Source: a candidate division CSSED10-310 bacterium (lineage in GTDB: Bacteria; CSSED10-310). From it: a stretch of DNA of 64,000 nt. Below, piece by piece: positions 8,908-18,536 of this stretch (within the stretch, counting starts at the first letter, position 1; each line of letters begins with the position of its first letter). The notes below the pieces were generated by a model, which was not told the DNA's origin, did not search any database, and was given only the letters and a program-made list of their open reading frames with translations. Location of the stretch: positions 4,990 through 68,989 of the forward strand of contig PWNJ01000038.1 of NCBI GenBank assembly GCA_003558985.1, read 5' to 3'. A program made the position numbers and the translations under genes.

Positions 8908-11900
8908 ATGGGTTCAAAAGATCAATGGGCTGAATTGACCGTTAAAAAACGGCGTAACTGGCTCCTGTTTTTCCTGTTTTTGATAGGTCTGGGATTGCGT
9001 CTGCACGGGTATGACTGGGGCATGCCGCATCATTTTCATCCTGATGAACGGCAGATCGTTGATTTTCAGGCTCCCAAAGTCAATCTGGATGTTTTGAATC
9101 CATCCAAATCAGTACCATTGCTGGTGCGGGGCCAATGGACTGAACTTAACACCATGCTGGACGGCATGAACACCAAATTTTTTGCCTACGGCCCACTGCC
9201 GATGTACACACTGGTGATAACGGTTGAAATAAGTGACTGGATAAATTCCAACGTCAGATCATTTGCACAGAATCGGCAAAACATGTCACCGGAAACCCGT
9301 CAGAAAATCAATGAATGGTTCCCACGCGTTAAAACTCCAGGCGGCCGGGTTCTTACCGGGCGAATAATATCAGCGATATTTTCGGCCCTAACCATTCTGG
9401 TCATATTCAAAATCGGCAAATATCTGTACAATGCTAAAATCGGATATCTGGCTGCTGCATTGTTTACCTTTACAGTCCTGTCAATTCAACAGGCACATTT
9501 TCTTGTTGTTGACGGCCCACAAACAACTCTGGTGGCTCTGGCAATGTTTTTTCTTGTCCGGACGGCTATGGGTGAAAGACGGCGGGATTACTATCTGGCC
9601 GGTATTTTTATCGGTCTGGCAATGGCAACCAAATTCAGCACCGCCCCCATTGCATTGTCATATATTCTGGCACATGTTCTGTCTATGACACTTGGCCGTC
9701 GCCGTGACAAGGCTGACTGGTTTCACTGGATAGCAGGTGGTATCGTCGCAATTGTTGCCATGACAATTGTTATGCCATTCTGGATTCTGGATTCAGAAAC
9801 ATTTTTCAGGGATATCCAGGCACAAAGAAATATGGTCACCGGTGTCGCTGATCTGCCTTATACCATTCAGTTTGAAGGCACAATGCCGATGGTTTATATG
9901 ATAAAAAACATGATTTTGTGGTCACTTGGGCTCCCGCTGGGTCTGGCCGCATATATTGGACTCATTGCCGCCATCAGACGAATCTGGAAAAAACCCGAGG
10001 ATATCGGCAATATTGTTATCCTGTCGTTTGTGATTCCTCTGCTGTATCTGAACGGAACATTTCATGCCAAGTTTTTGCGTTATACATTGGTAACCATTCC
10101 GTTTTTTGTCATATTTGCCGCTCGCTGGCTTCATGGAATGAAATCCTGGACAGCGCGTCCGGTCGCACGGACCGTTACCGCAGCCGTCCTGCTGGGCACA
10201 ATCGGCTGGGCTCTGGCTTTTCAGACCATTTATACATCCCCCCATACACGTCTGCAGGCTTCCGATTGGGTGTATGAAAATATCCCGGCTGGAAAAAACA
10301 TCGTGCTCGAAAGCAGTTGGGATGATTCCATGCCGGTTACTACCGACAGGGGCAATGCCGGAAGATATACATCACGGCAGTTGGGTATCTACAGAGAACC
10401 CGATGATCATCGCCGCGCAGCAGCCATGGCTGAGATTCTGGAGTGGGGTGATGTGGTCATTCTGTCATCACGAAAACATTACGGTTCTGTTACAAGAGTG
10501 CCCAATCGATATCCGATCTCAACCAACTTTTACAAATTGTTGTTTCACGAAAGATTGGGTTATCAGCATGTAAAGACATTTGATAATCCACCATCACTTG
10601 GCAGATTGCGTTTTAGAGATGATCTGGCTGATGAAAGTTTTCGTGTATATGAACATCCGCGTGTCGATATTTTTGTTAAAGAAAGCTGTTTGACTGCCGA
10701 TCAGATTCAAGCGCTGCTGATCGCTCCCCCGCCCGAAGTTGCTGATATGACTTACAGGGAGCTTATGACGCGGCGGCCGCCAACCGAAATTGGCCCTCAT
10801 GTCAACTACCCAGTTATTCGGTGGTTAATCGCGCTTTATATATTCGGACTGATCAGCATTCCGTTTGCCTTTGTTATCTTCAGCAAATTCGATCACAAGG
10901 GATACCCGTTTACCAAAATCATCGGTCTGCTGGTAACAGCATATCTGGCGTGGCTGTTGCCCAGTATTGAATGGTTTCCGTTTTCACGGACATTGATTAT
11001 AGCTGTGATTATTGTGGTCGCATGGATCAGTCATACGCTATATCGCTATCACAAGAAAGCAATTCACACACATTTTAAACAGCGATGGTGGAGTATTGCT
11101 GGATATGAAATTCTGTTTTTAGTTGTGTTTTGTATCTTCGGTCTACTGAAAAGCTATAATCCGAACATTTATTGGAGTGAAAGCTCAATGGATTTCGGGT
11201 TCCTGAACGCTGTGGTGCGGGCAGAGACCTTTCCACCCGAAGACCCGTGGATTCAGGGACAGGGTATAAACTACTACTATTATGGCCAGTATCTGGCCGG
11301 ATATATGACAAAATTGACCGGGGTTGAACCTCACTATGGCTATAATCTGTTTTTTATAACAATACCAGCGCTGGTAGCGCTAAGTATTGCGGCTATTCTA
11401 CTGGCGCTGACCCGGCGTGTCTGGGTCGCTCTGATCGGTGTCCTGTTTTCTATTTTTATAGGTAATCTGGACGGCTTGACTCAAATGGCCAATATATGGG
11501 TACGTAATGCCAGAGGAACCGATATGTATCGGTTAGCGACCGGATTTCAGACAACAATCGGCTGGGTTTTTAATCTTGGTCGGCAAGATCCGCACTTTCG
11601 ATTTTTCAGATCAGCGCACGAATTGATTCGACCAACCGTTCATGAGTTTCCTTTCTGGAGTTATAATTTCATGGATTTGCACGCGCATACCGTGGCAACC
11701 ATGTTGACGGCGTTTTTTCTGGCGCTGCAGCTTGTTTTGCTTCGCAACTGCAAAGGCGGTCTTCGGCTATTTGGAGAAACCCGTACTCAGCAAACGGCAA
11801 CGATGGGAATTTTGTTTATCTCATATGGCGCGATGATTTCAACCAACTCGTGGGACCTGCCAACTCAGGCCATTATACTTCTGCTGGTGTCTGTCTGGGT

Positions 11901-14900
11901 TATGATCTTTGCCGGAAGACAGCCCAAATACCGTATGGAAACGGCTGAACGTATTCCCGATGACCGCACACCAGACAGTATTGAAACTCAACCTTCTGAG
12001 AGTGCAGACGAAGAGGTGGCTGACAATGGAACACACCCGGACAAAAGCAGTGTGAAGCCAAATTCAGACCAAAACGAAGCCGTAGAATCAGCAGACGAAT
12101 CCGGCACCAGTGATGACACGCGTAGGTCAATTCCACATGAGGTCAATGATGTTTCTGATGCAGAATCAAAGATGCAAGCTGATGCTGAACCACTGGCTGA
12201 CAGGAATGGCGATACAGAGCAGGATGATGTGGTTTCGGAAGAGGTTTCGAAAAAAACGGATATACCGGAAGCGCCGGAAACCAATGAAACGGACATGGAA
12301 TTTGAAACCCGGGTAGAAACCGACAAGGCTGATGAATCCGACTCAGACATTGAAGGAGCAGTAAACACCGACACTGAATTGGACAGGAAAGCAACTGCAA
12401 CAACGGATGTTCAAAAGACTGACTCCGACTCCGATTCAATGGAACAGTTGAATGAACAATCAGAAACTGAAATCGGTGTTTCAGACGATTCGAATACGAT
12501 ATTGTCCGATGATGATGTATTGGATAGGGCAGATGATATTGAAACACAAGATACGCCTGATGATAGTACACTCAAACCAAATGAGTCTGAAAAAGATACT
12601 GACAAGATAAACATCAGTTTAGTGGCCAGGATTCGTGACGGGTGTACACGATTTGTCAGGTGGTTAATACCTGAGTTGTGTGATTCCGGCTTTTTCCTGT
12701 GGCGATTGCTGTGGCCGGTAGCTTTGGTAATTATCGGCGGAATGACGTTGCATCTGCCGTATCTGAATCATTTCTACAGGCATGAAATGGGCTTGGGAAC
12801 ATTGTGGAAATACAGGCAGACAACCAATCTGGATGGTTTCCTGACAATGTTCGGCTTTTTCCTGTTCATTTTTATCACTCAGTTCATTCGCTGGTGGTGG
12901 GATGTACAGAAAGACCGGGGCCGATCACCCATGCAGGCATTGTGTCTGCTGATCGGTGTCATCACGGTTCTGATAGTTGTCTGGTACGGATTTCTGAATG
13001 TCCCGGAACGAGGAGTTGATTATTCTGTATTACTGATAAGTATATTCCTGATTTTACTGATACTTTCCATACTGATTGAGGGGTATCCATCACTGAATGA
13101 AGCATTTCCACTGCTTTTGGCGTTGTGTGCCGTGGGTATTACTGCCGGATGCGAATTGGTATTTGTTCGTGATTTTTATCAGGGAGGTGAACATCGCCGG
13201 TTTAACACGGTTTTCAAGTTCTATATTCAGGCATGGTTTATGTTCGCGATTGCTTCCGCATATTTACTGGCGGTAAGGTCACGAATACGTGTTCGCTTCT
13301 ATAAACACAATCTGACTAAAAATCTGGTTCGGACAAGCGCCTGGGTATGGAATCTGGTGTTTATTTTTCTGCTGGCCGGCACACTAATATTCACTTTCAA
13401 GGGAGTTCATGCAAGGCATCACAACCGCGATTTCCAACAGGGATGGCGACTTGCTGGTCGAACGCCAACTGCAGACATGCCACTCACACTGGATGGTTGG
13501 GCATACATGAAACTTGACTATCGGCCGGTAAACGAATACCGGGCAATACACTGGTTGCAGAATAATATAAAAGGTACTCCGGTTATTCTGGAAGCTACCG
13601 GAGCTGACTATTTGTATCAGTATGGCAATATCTCGGGTAATACCGGATTGCCAACAGTACTGGGCTGGTGGAGTCATGTCGATCAACGGGAATATCTGGT
13701 TCGCCAGGGGCGCGGCGAAGGTCAGCGAGACCGAAAGATTGATACCGGGAGAATCAGACGCGACATTGAAACCATATACAATAGTGTGGATATTCCCAAA
13801 GTTCTGTCACTGCTGGGTCAATACAGGGTGCGGTATATATTTGTCGGGCCGACGGAACGGGAAGAATATAATCCGGTTGGTTTGCAGAAATTCAAACAAA
13901 TGAGTACATTCCTGACTCCTGTTTATACCAATCCGGATGTCGTGATTTATCGAGTCAATGATTACGGTCACAGTGTTGATCTGGCGGAGACAATTCAGGA
14001 TAACCAGGCATTGATACGGTTGCGGGAAGAGATGGAAGAGCGGGAGGAGCAGGAACGGATTGCCCGGCTTGAGGCAGAAAGGGAGCGAGAACGCCGAATG
14101 ATGCAGCAGCCGGCACGCGCTTTGACTGCCGGCGGCAGAGGTCGAGCAAGAGGCATGTTCGAAGAACCGCGATCCATGACAATCGCACCCGATGGAAGCT
14201 TTTATGTCGCTGATTTCAGAAATCACCGCGTTCAGAAATTTGCTCCGGATGGTTCATGGCAGAATATGTGGGGCAGTTCAGGCAATATGCCGGGCGAGTT
14301 TAATGATATCTGCGACGTGGCTGCCAACTCAACCCATGTGTTTGTGCTGGATACGTTTAATAATAGAATTCAGAAATATACTCATGATGGACAGTTCGTG
14401 CAGCTTATTATTGCCCAGGGACAAAGTGTGTCTCATCCAAGGGGTATTGCCGTTGATGAAGAGTATATCTTTATGGCCGACACCGGAAATTCAAGAATTA
14501 TTCGAATGAATCTTGCTGGCCGCGAAACACGAGTTATCGGAAGAGCCGGCCGGGGACAGCTTCAATTTACAAACCCGGTCGGTCTGACCATCCATAATAA
14601 CGAAGTGTATATCGCAGATACCGGCAACAGACGTATTCAGGTAATGAGTCGTGACGGTGAGTTTTTGCGCGAGTATCCGACTGAGGGATGGGAAGCGGAG
14701 GTATATAACGAACCGTATCTGGCAGTGGCTGAAGACGGCACGATATATTATTCTGATCCATCTCGAGGAACGGTGCGCATGATTGATCAGCAGGGACAAC
14801 CTGTGGGACGCTTGACCGCGGCAGCTGATGGTCGAAGACTGTCACTACCGATGGGACTTGCTATTGATAATAACGGAAATGTGTATGTTGTTGACGCTGG

Positions 14901-14946
14901 CAATCACGCGGTCATGCTGCTGAAACGTGATTCCGGAATTCAATAG
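8908..14946 (+). CDS. Giant (2012 aa) fusion membrane protein: TIGR03663-like + DUF2298/YYY domain (split by an acidic insert) + coiled coil + C-terminal NHL beta-propeller
   Basis: N-terminal FHPDERQ (DE motif). FPPEDPWIQGQGINYYYYGQY at about residue 770. D/E/S/T-rich low-complexity insert at residues ~1010-1237. Resumed DUF2298 C-terminal homology (FNTVFKFYIQAW..., LTLDGWAYM). LIRLREEMEEREEQERIARLEAERERERR coiled coil. NHL repeats (FYVADFRNHRVQKF, VLDTFNNRIQKY, ADTGNSRIIRM, ADTGNRRIQVM). Confidence 0.75.
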   Translation: MGSKDQWAELTVKKRRNWLLFFLFLIGLGLRLHGYDWGMPHHFHPDERQIVDFQAPKVNLDVLNPSKSVPLLVRGQWTELNTMLDGMNTKFFAYGPLPMYTLVITVEISDWINSNVRSFAQNRQNMSPETRQKINEWFPRVKTPGGRVLTGRIISAIFSALTILVIFKIGKYLYNAKIGYLAAALFTFTVLSIQQAHFLVVDGPQTTLVALAMFFLVRTAMGERRRDYYLAGIFIGLAMATKFSTAPIALSYILAHVLSMTLGRRRDKADWFHWIAGGIVAIVAMTIVMPFWILDSETFFRDIQAQRNMVTGVADLPYTIQFEGTMPMVYMIKNMILWSLGLPLGLAAYIGLIAAIRRIWKKPEDIGNIVILSFVIPLLYLNGTFHAKFLRYTLVTIPFFVIFAARWLHGMKSWTARPVARTVTAAVLLGTIGWALAFQTIYTSPHTRLQASDWVYENIPAGKNIVLESSWDDSMPVTTDRGNAGRYTSRQLGIYREPDDHRRAAAMAEILEWGDVVILSSRKHYGSVTRVPNRYPISTNFYKLLFHERLGYQHVKTFDNPPSLGRLRFRDDLADESFRVYEHPRVDIFVKESCLTADQIQALLIAPPPEVADMTYRELMTRRPPTEIGPHVNYPVIRWLIALYIFGLISIPFAFVIFSKFDHKGYPFTKIIGLLVTAYLAWLLPSIEWFPFSRTLIIAVIIVVAWISHTLYRYHKKAIHTHFKQRWWSIAGYEILFLVVFCIFGLLKSYNPNIYWSESSMDFGFLNAVVRAETFPPEDPWIQGQGINYYYYGQYLAGYMTKLTGVEPHYGYNLFFITIPALVALSIAAILLALTRRVWVALIGVLFSIFIGNLDGLTQMANIWVRNARGTDMYRLATGFQTTIGWVFNLGRQDPHFRFFRSAHELIRPTVHEFPFWSYNFMDLHAHTVATMLTAFFLALQLVLLRNCKGGLRLFGETRTQQTATMGILFISYGAMISTNSWDLPTQAIILLLVSVWVMIFAGRQPKYRMETAERIPDDRTPDSIETQPSESADEEVADNGTHPDKSSVKPNSDQNEAVESADESGTSDDTRRSIPHEVNDVSDAESKMQADAEPLADRNGDTEQDDVVSEEVSKKTDIPEAPETNETDMEFETRVETDKADESDSDIEGAVNTDTELDRKATATTDVQKTDSDSDSMEQLNEQSETEIGVSDDSNTILSDDDVLDRADDIETQDTPDDSTLKPNESEKDTDKINISLVARIRDGCTRFVRWLIPELCDSGFFLWRLLWPVALVIIGGMTLHLPYLNHFYRHEMGLGTLWKYRQTTNLDGFLTMFGFFLFIFITQFIRWWWDVQKDRGRSPMQALCLLIGVITVLIVVWYGFLNVPERGVDYSVLLISIFLILLILSILIEGYPSLNEAFPLLLALCAVGITAGCELVFVRDFYQGGEHRRFNTVFKFYIQAWFMFAIASAYLLAVRSRIRVRFYKHNLTKNLVRTSAWVWNLVFIFLLAGTLIFTFKGVHARHHNRDFQQGWRLAGRTPTADMPLTLDGWAYMKLDYRPVNEYRAIHWLQNNIKGTPVILEATGADYLYQYGNISGNTGLPTVLGWWSHVDQREYLVRQGRGEGQRDRKIDTGRIRRDIETIYNSVDIPKVLSLLGQYRVRYIFVGPTEREEYNPVGLQKFKQMSTFLTPVYTNPDVVIYRVNDYGHSVDLAETIQDNQALIRLREEMEEREEQERIARLEAERERERRMMQQPARALTAGGRGRARGMFEEPRSMTIAPDGSFYVADFRNHRVQKFAPDGSWQNMWGSSGNMPGEFNDICDVAANSTHVFVLDTFNNRIQKYTHDGQFVQLIIAQGQSVSHPRGIAVDEEYIFMADTGNSRIIRMNLAGRETRVIGRAGRGQLQFTNPVGLTIHNNEVYIADTGNRRIQVMSRDGEFLREYPTEGWEAEVYNEPYLAVAEDGTIYYSDPSRGTVRMIDQQGQPVGRLTAAADGRRLSLPMGLAIDNNGNVYVVDAGNHAVMLLKRDSGIQ

Positions 14947-14970
14947 AAACCGCCCGCGTCGCTTCTTTGC

Positions 14971-15435
14971 TCACATCCCTCCGGCGTCGCCGGGCAACCG
15001 CCGGATAAAATCGCCATCAATTGACTGTTTATCCGTGGAACTCGTAACATCAATCAAATCAGACGGCCCTGACACATGCATCACATCGTCCGGTGACCCT
15101 TCAACCATATTTAATCGGATCGTAACGGTGCTGTATGGTCGCAGATTGACTTCTGACCGAACCAATGTTTTCATTTCCGAGCGCTCAAATTTTAAAGTAT
15201 ATTCGCCGACTGGCAGAACCGGGAAACGAAATCGACCGCGCTGATCGGTAACAACATTGCGCTCCCCCATAAGATTCGGACTGGTCACGGTGATCGTAAC
15301 ATCGGATAATGGTGTGTCATCTTCTGAGCGAACAAGGCCGGTTATGCGTCCATGATTCGGTGATGCATCCACCAAATAAACAAAGGTGAAAATAAACAAA
15401 ACTATTACACTTATTTGGATTATCTGTCTGTTCAA
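14971..15435 (-). CDS. Small secreted protein with a carboxypeptidase-regulatory-like (CarbopepD_reg) domain; possibly a truncated N-terminal fragment of a TonB-dependent receptor
   Basis: Signal/TM segment, then ITGLVRSEDDTPLSDVTITV...GEYTL (CarbopepD_reg-like), ending ...LIDVTSS...RRLPGDAGGM, which resembles the start of a plug domain. The ORF stops 25 nt from the 3' end of the giant gene. Confidence 0.45.
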   Translation of the reverse strand: MNRQIIQISVIVLFIFTFVYLVDASPNHGRITGLVRSEDDTPLSDVTITVTSPNLMGERNVVTDQRGRFRFPVLPVGEYTLKFERSEMKTLVRSEVNLRPYSTVTIRLNMVEGSPDDVMHVSGPSDLIDVTSSTDKQSIDGDFIRRLPGDAGGM

Positions 15436-15587
15436 TCATATCACCTCCTTAAAAAACAGTACATAAATGATATCAAAACCAGAAGGTGATCTCAAAAATG
15501 ATCGAAGTATATGGTAACATGACTGCTGTCTGACAGTAGTGAAAGGTGTTGACGTAATTTTTGCTGACAAGTTTGTTATGCAGGTTT

Positions 15588-18536
15588 TCACGCAGCAGAA
15601 TCAACCTTCATAACATGTATTATTGGTTCAGGCCATTCCGTGTCGGATTCCCTGTATATTGTTTTTATCGTGACATTGGGGAAAAGCTCTTTTATCTGCT
15701 GCATGATATACATATTACGGTTGTAGTGATCCAGCACAAAAGCGATTCCCTTGTCCGGTGAATGCTCCTTGTCACGAATAGCCGTGAGATTATCCTGGAT
15801 TTCTTCGTTAGTAATAAAATCCGGTTCCCGGCCGCCAGTAATGGCAAAAACATCACCTGGAATTCGGTAACAAATAAACTTGGGAGTGTCCAGAAAATGG
15901 CTGTTGCTGACATACACATGATAATCTGCCGATAATTCCAGCGCTTTGTATCCCACTTGAGTATGCAACGGAGCGTAACCGAATTGGGCATGGGGACTTC
16001 GGGCCAGAACATGAAAATACAAATGATATTCGCTGATGCCGATCCAGATCAATCCCGCTGTTAGCCAAAGAATTGCGGGAATGCTATTCAATGCTGGGAG
16101 TTTTGTTCTGGTCAGCAATTGAACGGAGAGAACAAGTCCCAATGCAATCATGATGGCCAGCGGTACGGTAAACTGTATCAGGCGAGTTGCGTCCGGCTCC
16201 GAAAGTAGTCCGGGCAAAAGTCCAAAAATAGCTGCTATAAAAACCCAGAAACAGTTTCGTTTCCCAAAGTGTCGCAGTAAATATGCCAGGCCAATCATCA
16301 TAAAAAAACCGGATATTGCGCTAATAATGGGTATGGATGGCTCAAAAAAATTTCCTACGTCAGCACGAAAATGAAAAATCTGAAGATGCCTCAGAATTGA
16401 ATCCCAAAGCGGCTGCCATGAGCCGCTAAACCGGACCAGATTACCGACAAACAGATGACCGGTACGCTCCAGAAACATTTGCGGATTGTTAATGGCGTAC
16501 AAAAACAATGGGAAAAACATCAACCATGCAAATACTTGCATTACCAGAAGCCCGTGCCAGTTTTTGCGCATAAATTTCGGTGTGGTTATCCATGTATGAA
16601 TACCGATAAGAATCATCATGAACGGGACTCCGCGAAATGAAAAATATGTATGAAGTCCCATACCGATGCTTATGCCGGAAGCCGCATAGTAAAGAAGACG
16701 TTTCCCGACTGAATGACTGTCAACAGCACGGTAAAAAAACCATCCGGTCATAACCATGAATAATGGTGCCAGAACTGCTCGATATCCAGTTCGCGCATAG
16801 GTGAGATTCCAGGCCATTACGGCATAAACAGCCGATGCCGCGAACGCAACATGCCGGTTCCATAAATCCCGGCATAAAAAAAACAGAAACACAACCGTCA
16901 GAAATCCGGCGGCTACTCCAGGTAAATACAACGAATAAACTGACGTTCCGAACAGTCTGAAACTCAGCGCTATCAAGTAAAAATAAAATGTTTCCTTGCC
17001 CCAGGCCTCCTCAGTAAACGGCGTATAGGGCTCACCATCAAGTATTCGATACGCATAGATAGCGTTCCAGGCCGCGTCATTGTTGATACCGGTTGGAACA
17101 GACTGAAGTCTGTAAAAGCGAAGGCCGATTGCTGCAATGAAAACAATAGAAACCAATACAAACGACACTGTTTTTGATCGTTCCGATGTAAGCGTGACAG
17201 ATGAAGGAAAAAGTGTTGAATTCCGAAAACTGGCCCACAAAAGAACTGCGCCGGTGATCAGCAAAACTGCTCCTGAACGAATCATGGGAGATGAAATCCG
17301 AAGCAGAATCATTCCGACCGCTACGCACAGCATTCCGATGATTATTAACCACCGACACAAAGACGGATGGTCTTGAAGATATTTTAACAAACCGGGTTTT
17401 CCCTGTTTTTGTCTGTATTTGAGATACATATATATCCAGAAGATAATAATACCAATTGCCCCAATATCTATTGGCAATCGAACAGCAAGCGGGATGTCGG
17501 GAATAAAACCTTCCTGACGTTGGACTTTCGGTAGTGGTGGAGGTAAAGGAAACTGGATAATCCGGTTATTGATTGTGTCACTGATAAACAGGCGATCGTC
17601 CTGAGTCAGGGCAATACCTGTCGGTCCGTTAAATGCATTTGCACTTGCTCCGTACTTGCCAAACCGGCTATACAGTTTGCCATCGTTTGTGTATACGATA
17701 ACCTTATGGTTGGCAGGTGATGTCACATAAATCATTCCACTATCGTGTATAGCAATATATGCTTCAGTAAACTCTCTGCCAGTCCAGTCATTCACCGGAA
17801 TAATGCGAAGAGTTTGACCATTTTGGTCCAGAACTTTGATTCGATTGTTTCCGGTGTCAGCAACATATACATTGTTGTCCGGACCAATCACAATTCCTAC
17901 AGGATTGAAAAAATGATCCGGCTCCGGCTGACCACTACCCCATGTGGCAGTCAGTTGTCCTTCCGAGTCAAAAACCATGACGGTATGGTGGGACGTGTTA
18001 GTCACATAAACCCGATCCGAAGCGTCAACGGCGATTCCTCGCGGAGCTGAAAATTGTGCTTTTGCCCAGGTCGCTTCCCATGTACCTGATTCATTACAGA
18101 AACGCTGAACACGATGATTCCAGGTATCTGCCACGTAAATATTCCTGTCGGAATCCATTGTTGCGGCTGCTGGATCTTCAAACTGACCGGGATTCTTGCC
18201 GCGGCGTCCCCAGACTCCCAAAGCAGTTCCGTCCGAAGTCAATTCCTGAATTCGGTAGTTTCGGAAATCACTGATAAGAATAGTGTCTGATGGTGTCAGA
18301 GTGACCTGTCGTGGTTCGCGAAACATTCCGGGATCGTCACCCAATCCACCGAAATGCAGATAAGCCGGGTTTTCAACAAATGAATCGGCAGAAACAAGCC
18401 CATATCCACCGGAAAATATTGCCAGAGTTGCAGAAATGACAACGATAATGCTCATGAAAACCAGAGCAAGTCGGTTAGTCTTTTGAATCACCGACATCAT
18501 AATTTTCAGTATCAAGCCTGTCGATTGTCTCTTCAA
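15588..18536 (-). CDS. Large membrane protein: N-terminal TM anchor + NHL-repeat beta-propeller + C-terminal GT-C (GT39/PMT_2/ArnT-like) polytopic glycosyltransferase domain
   Basis: NHL units (RNYRIQEL, NIYVADTWNHRVQRF, ADTGNNRIKVL, DTINNRIIQF) in residues ~70-330, followed by about 12 hydrophobic helices with a GT39-like loop (GINNDAAWNAIYAYRILDGEPYTP). An alternative start near 18500 would reduce the overlap with the upstream GT2 gene. Confidence 0.7.
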   Translation of the reverse strand: MKRQSTGLILKIMMSVIQKTNRLALVFMSIIVVISATLAIFSGGYGLVSADSFVENPAYLHFGGLGDDPGMFREPRQVTLTPSDTILISDFRNYRIQELTSDGTALGVWGRRGKNPGQFEDPAAATMDSDRNIYVADTWNHRVQRFCNESGTWEATWAKAQFSAPRGIAVDASDRVYVTNTSHHTVMVFDSEGQLTATWGSGQPEPDHFFNPVGIVIGPDNNVYVADTGNNRIKVLDQNGQTLRIIPVNDWTGREFTEAYIAIHDSGMIYVTSPANHKVIVYTNDGKLYSRFGKYGASANAFNGPTGIALTQDDRLFISDTINNRIIQFPLPPPLPKVQRQEGFIPDIPLAVRLPIDIGAIGIIIFWIYMYLKYRQKQGKPGLLKYLQDHPSLCRWLIIIGMLCVAVGMILLRISSPMIRSGAVLLITGAVLLWASFRNSTLFPSSVTLTSERSKTVSFVLVSIVFIAAIGLRFYRLQSVPTGINNDAAWNAIYAYRILDGEPYTPFTEEAWGKETFYFYLIALSFRLFGTSVYSLYLPGVAAGFLTVVFLFFLCRDLWNRHVAFAASAVYAVMAWNLTYARTGYRAVLAPLFMVMTGWFFYRAVDSHSVGKRLLYYAASGISIGMGLHTYFSFRGVPFMMILIGIHTWITTPKFMRKNWHGLLVMQVFAWLMFFPLFLYAINNPQMFLERTGHLFVGNLVRFSGSWQPLWDSILRHLQIFHFRADVGNFFEPSIPIISAISGFFMMIGLAYLLRHFGKRNCFWVFIAAIFGLLPGLLSEPDATRLIQFTVPLAIMIALGLVLSVQLLTRTKLPALNSIPAILWLTAGLIWIGISEYHLYFHVLARSPHAQFGYAPLHTQVGYKALELSADYHVYVSNSHFLDTPKFICYRIPGDVFAITGGREPDFITNEEIQDNLTAIRDKEHSPDKGIAFVLDHYNRNMYIMQQIKELFPNVTIKTIYRESDTEWPEPIIHVMKVDSAA

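Noticed and set aside
11988-12374. 128-aa Ser-rich antisense ORF (and several others at 11839-12614) opposite the acidic linker of the giant gene
   Set aside because: These are mirror artefacts of the GA-rich codons (GAn/TCn complement) of the D/E/S-rich insert. They have no RBS and no independent coding signal.
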